From the NCBI RefSeq assembly GCF_009914755.1, contig NC_060946.1: a DNA stretch of 64,000 nucleotides, one strand, 5' to 3'. The stretch's first letter is position 1. The number at the start of each line of letters is the position of its first letter. The notes under the pieces were generated by a model, which saw nothing but the letters and a program-made list of their open reading frames with translations, ran no database searches and was not told the DNA's origin. Source of the stretch: the human T2T-CHM13v2.0 reference genome, Homo sapiens. The position numbers and the translations under genes were made by a program. Shown here one piece after another: positions 59,090 to 64,000 of the stretch.

Positions 59090-61280
59090 ATATTATATAC
59101 TGTACATAAAATATCAAAGTACCCAAGGTATATATTCTATACTGTACAAAAAATATCAAAGTACCCAAAGCATGTATTATATACTGTACATAAAATATGA
59201 AATTACATCAAATATATATTTTATTCTGTACATAAAATATCAAAGTACACCAGATATATATTCTATAGTGTACATAAAATTACAAAGTACACAAACTATA
59301 CATTATATACTGTACATAAAATATGAAATTACATCAAATATATATTAGGTACATAAAATATGAAAGTACATCAAATATAGATTATATACTGTACATAAAA
59401 TATCAAAGTACCCCAAATATATATTATATACTCTACATGAAATATCAAAGTTCACAAACTATATATTATATACTGTATATAAAATATCAAATTACCTAAG
59501 GTATATATTCTATACTGTACAAAAAATATCAAAGTACTCAAAGCATGTATTATATACTGTATATAAAATATGAAAGCACATCAAATATATATTTTATTCT
59601 GTACATAAAATATCAAAGTACACCAGATATATATTCTATAGTGTACATAAAATATCAAAGTACCCAAACTATACATTATATACTGTACATAAAATATGAA
59701 ATTACATCAAATATATATTATATTAGATACATAAAATATGAAAGTACATCAAATATAGATTATATACTGTACATAAAATATCAAAGTACCCCAAATATAT
59801 ATTATATACTCTACATGAAATATTAAAGTTCACAAACTATATATTATATACTGTACATAAAATATCAAAGTACCCAAGGTATATATTCTATAATGTACAA
59901 AAAATATCAAAGTACCCAAAGCATGTATTATATCCTGTACATAAAATATGAAAGTACATCAAGTATATATTTTATTCTGTACATAAAATATCAAAGTACA
60001 CCAGATATATATTCTATAGTGTACATAAAATAACAAGGTACACAAACTATACATTATATACTGTACATAAAATATGAAATTACATCAAATATATATTAGG
60101 TACATAAAATATGAAAGTACATCAAATATAGATTATATACTGTACATTAAATACCAAAGTACCCCAAATATATATTTTATACTGTACATGAAATATCAAA
60201 GTTCACAAACTACATATTATATACTGTACATATAATATCAAAGTACCCGAGGTATATATTCTATACTGTACAAAAAATAACAAAGTACCAAAAGCATGTA
60301 ATATATACTGTACCTAAAATATGAAAGTACATCAAATATATATTTTATTCTTTACATAAAATATCAAAGTACACCAGATATATATTCTATAGTGTACATA
60401 AAATATCAAAGTACCCAAACTATACATTATATACTGTACATAAAATATGAAATTACATCAAATATATATTAGGTACATAAAATATGAAAGTACATCAAAT
60501 ATAGATTATATACTGTACATAAAATATCAAAGTACCCCAAATATATATTATATACTGTACATGAAATATCAGAGTTCACAAACTATATATTATATACTGT
60601 ACATAAAATATCAAAGTACCCAAGGTATATATTCTATACTGTACAAAAAATATCAAAGTACCCAAAGCATGTATTATATACTGTACATAAAATATGAAAG
60701 TACATCAAATATATATTTTATTCTGTACATAAAATATCAAAGTACACCAGATATATATTCTATAGTGTACATAAAATATCAAAGTACCCAAACTATACAT
60801 TATATACTGTACATAAAATATGAAATTACATCAAATATATATTAAGTACATAAAATATGAAAGTACATCAAATATAGATTATATACTGTACATAAAATAT
60901 CAATGTACCCCAAATATACATGTTATACTCTACATGAAATATCAAAGTTCACAAACCATATATTATATACTGTACATAAAATATCAAAGTACCCAAGTTA
61001 TATATTCTATAATATACAAAAAATATCAGAGTACCCAAAGCATGTATTATATACTGTACATAAAATATGAAAGTACATCAAATATATATTTTATTCTTTA
61101 CATAAAATATCAAAGTACACCAGATATATATTCTATAGTGTACATAAAATATCAAAGTACCCAAACTATACATTATATACTGTACATAAAATATGAGATT
61201 ACATCAAATATATATTATATTAGGTACATAAAATATGAAAGTACATCAAATATAGATTATATACTGTACATAAAATATCA
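59090..61280 (+). repeat. Dispersed copy of ~39020-41970 with a 756-bp (2-HOR) internal deletion
   Basis: Markers GAAAGCAC, TATAATGTA, TATCCTGT and TCAAGTATAT recur at offset 20068 (ORF ends 39280/59348). Downstream ORFs 41135/60447 and 41508/60820 are offset by 19312 = 20068-756. Confidence 0.75.
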
Positions 61281-62149
61281 AAGTACGCCAAATATATATT
61301 TTATACTCGACATGAAATATCAAAGTTCAGAAACCATATCTTATATACTGTATATAAAATATCAAAGTACCCAAGGTATATATTCTATACTGTACAAAAA
61401 ATATCAAAGTACCCAAATCAAGTATTATATACTGTACATAAAATATGAAAGTACATCAAATATATATTTTATTCTGTACATAAAATATCAAAGTACACCA
61501 GATATATATTCTATAGTGTACATAAAATATCAAAGTACCCAAACTATACATTATATACTGTACATAAAATATGAAATTACATCAAATATATATTATATTA
61601 GGTACATAAAATATGAAAGTACATCAAATATAGATTATATACTGTACATAAAATATCAAAGTACCCAAATATATATTACATACTCTACATGAAATATCAA
61701 AGTTCACAAACTATATATTATATACTGTACATAAAATGTCAAAGTACCGAAGGTATATATTCTATATTGTACAAAAAATATCAATGTACCCAAAGCATGT
61801 ATTATATACTGTATATAAAATATGAAATTACATCAAATATATATTATATTCTGTACATAAAATATCAAAGTATACCAGATATATATTCTATAGTGTACAT
61901 AAAATATCAAAGTACCCAAACTATACATTATATACTGTACATAAAATATGAAATTGCATCAAATATATATTAGGTACATAAAATATGAAAGTACATCAAA
62001 TATAGATTATATACTGTACATAAAATATCAAAGTACCCCTAATATACATTATATAGTGTACATGAAATATCAAAATACACAAACTATATATTATATAGTG
62101 TACTTAAAATATCAAAGTACCCAAGGTATGTATTCTATACTGTACAAAA

Positions 62150-64000
62150 AATATCAAAGTTCCCAAAGTAAGTATTATATACCGTACATAAAATATGAAA
62201 GTACATCAAATATATATTTTATTCTCTACATAAAATATGAAAGTACACAAGATATATATTTTATATATAATATAAATACATAAGTACATAAAATATCAAA
62301 GTACACAAACTATATTATGTACTGTACATAAAATATGAAATTTCATCAAATATATATTAGGTACATAAAATATGAAAGTACATCAAATATAGATTGTATA
62401 CTGTACATAAAATATCAAAGTACACCAAATATATATTATATACTGAACATGAAATATCAAAGTTCACAAACTATATATTATATACTGTACATAAAATATC
62501 AAAGTACCCAAGGTATATATTCTATTCTGTTCAAAAAATATCAAAGTACCCAAAGCATGTATTATATATTGTACATAAAATATGAAAGTACATCAAATAT
62601 ATATTTTATTCTGTACATAAAATACCAAAGTACACCAGATATATATTATATGGTGTACATAAAATATCAATGTACCCAATCTATACATTATATACTGTAC
62701 ATAAAATATCAAATTACATCAAATATATATTATATTAGGTACATAAAATATGAAAGTACATCAAATATATATTTTATTCTGTACATAAAATATCAAAGTA
62801 CACCAGATATATATTCTATAGTGTACATAAAATATCAAAGTAGCCAAACTATACATTATATACTGTACATAAAATATGAAATTACATCAAATATATATTA
62901 TATTAGGTACATAAAATATGAAAGTACATGAAATATAGATTATATACTGTACATAAAATATCAAAGTACCCCAAATATATATTACATACTCTACATGAAA
63001 TATCAAATTTCACAAGCTATATATTATATAGTGTACATAAATTATCAAAGTACCCAAGGTATATATTCTATGCTGTACAAAAAATATCAAAGTACCCAAA
63101 GCATGTATTATATACTGTATATAAATTATGAAAGTACATCAAATATATATTTTATTCTGTACATAAAATATCAAACTACACCAGATATATATTCTATAGT
63201 GTACATAAAATAACAAAGTACACAAACTATAAATTATATACTGTACATAAAATATGAAATTACATCAAATATATATTAGGTACATAAAATATGAAAGTAC
63301 ATCAAATATAGATTATATACTGTACATATAATATCAATGTACCCCAAATATATATTTTGTACTCTACATGAAATATCAAAGTTCACAAACCATATATTAT
63401 ATAGTGTACATAAAATATCAAAGTACCCAAGGTATATATTCTATACTGTACAAAAAATATCAAAGTACCCAAAGCCTGTATTATATACTGTACATAAAAT
63501 ATGAAAGTACATCAAATATATATTTTATTCTGTACATAAAATATCAAAGTACACCAGATATATATTCTATAGTGTACATAAAATATCAAAGTACCCAAAC
63601 TATACATTATATACTGTACATAAAATATGAAATTACATCAAATATATATTATATTAGGTACATAAAATATGAAAGTACATCAAATATAGATTATATCCTG
63701 TACATAAAATATCAAAGTACCCCAAATATATATTATATAGTGTACATGAAATATCAAACTTCACAAACTATATATTATATACTGTACATAAAATAGCAAA
63801 GTACCGAAGGTATATATTCTATCCTGTACAAAAAATATCAAGGTACCCAAAGCATGTATTATATACTGTATATAAAATATGAAAGTACATCAAATATATA
63901 TTTTATTCTGTACATAAAATATCAAAGTACACCAGATATATATTCTATAGTGTACATAAAATAACAAAGTACAAAAACTATAAATTATATACTGTACATA
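62150..64000 (+). repeat. Dispersed copy of ~20950-22800 at 41.2-kb offset, running off the window end
   Basis: ORF pairs 21134/62335, 21727/62928, 21794/62995 and 22167/63368 are offset by 41201. Shared rare markers AGTAGCCAAAC, CAAGCTATA, CTATGCTG, AAGCCTGT and TAGCAAAGTACCGAAGG. Confidence 0.88.
62228..62285 (+). repeat. Aberrant 58-bp monomer, copy 3
   Basis: Same sequence as 21025-21082. It lies in a ~1.4-kb block repeated 3933 bp after copy 2 (ORFs 57756/61689 and 58015/61948). Confidence 0.9.

Larger units (their letters stand above)
1..64000 (+). repeat. Human satellite 1A (HSat1A/SAR, classical satellite I) 42-bp tandem array, continuing past both window edges
   Basis: Continuous 42-bp period (14-codon period in the ORF track). 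Each monomer is a 17-bp ACATAAAATAT(C/G)AAAGT plus a 25-bp AC..CAAATATA.ATT.TAT.CTGT unit delimited by GTAC, the established RsaI 17/25-bp structure of satellite I. The consensus monomer has 20 A, 13 T, 7 C and 2 G. Family recognised from memory, not by database search. Confidence 0.95.

Noticed and set aside
76-63796. More than 100 Tyr/Ile/Lys-rich ORFs up to 325 aa (e.g. 2189-3163, 23873-24850)
   Set aside because: The 42-bp consensus is a multiple of 3 and happens to lack stops in one + frame. Stops and frameshifts are freely amplified (e.g. TAA fixed in monomer S across 6.6-20.4 kb), so there is no sign of coding constraint.
1-64000. CRISPR-like alternation of a conserved 17-bp unit and a variable 25-bp unit
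   Set aside because: The variable parts are homologous to each other and cycle with period 9. There are no unique spacers, leader or cas genes.
1-64000. GGTACA/AGTACA/TGTACA steroid-receptor-like half-sites and many TATA-like words
   Set aside because: I saw no properly spaced inverted (IR3) full elements or promoter context. Such words are expected in this composition.
1-64000. Assignment to a specific chromosome (HSat1A arrays are known on chr3, chr4 and the acrocentrics, notably chr13)
   Set aside because: There is no flanking unique sequence in the window. Assignment needs alignment of rare k-mers to a T2T assembly.

Overview
The whole 64 kb window is one uninterrupted, single-orientation array of a very AT-rich (~79% in the consensus monomer) 42-bp tandem satellite. 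It matches human classical satellite 1A (HSat1A/SAR): alternating 17-bp (ACATAAAATATC/GAAAGT) and 25-bp (ACMYCAAATATATATTNTATACTGT-like) subunits separated by GTAC (RsaI) sites, about 1,500 monomers, arranged in a 9-monomer 378-bp higher-order repeat (HOR). I found no genes, RNA genes, transposons, CRISPR array or inversion. The ORFs in the track are by-products of a stop-free 14-codon consensus. The information lies in the internal architecture: variant HORs (373/372 bp; 7-, 8-, 10-, 12- and 13-mers), a ~15-kb indel-free homogenised domain (6.0-21.0 kb), nested tandem duplications (751, 924, 1502, 4746 and 6013 bp), dispersed re-used blocks at ~20-kb and 41.2-kb offsets, and a thrice-seen 58-bp aberrant monomer. 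The most notable functional hypothesis is that the + strand carries a perfect Pumilio response element (UGUANAUA) at 5-6 of every 9 monomer junctions. Monomer labels used below come from their translation: G (STQGIYSIL), S (STQSMYYIL), F (STSNIYFIL), D (STPDIYSIV), H (STQTIHYIL), R (EITSNIYYIR), N (STSNIDYIL), P (STPNIYFIL), M (SSQTIYYIL). Offsets were derived by hand from ORF coordinates and marker variants, so block edges are approximate.
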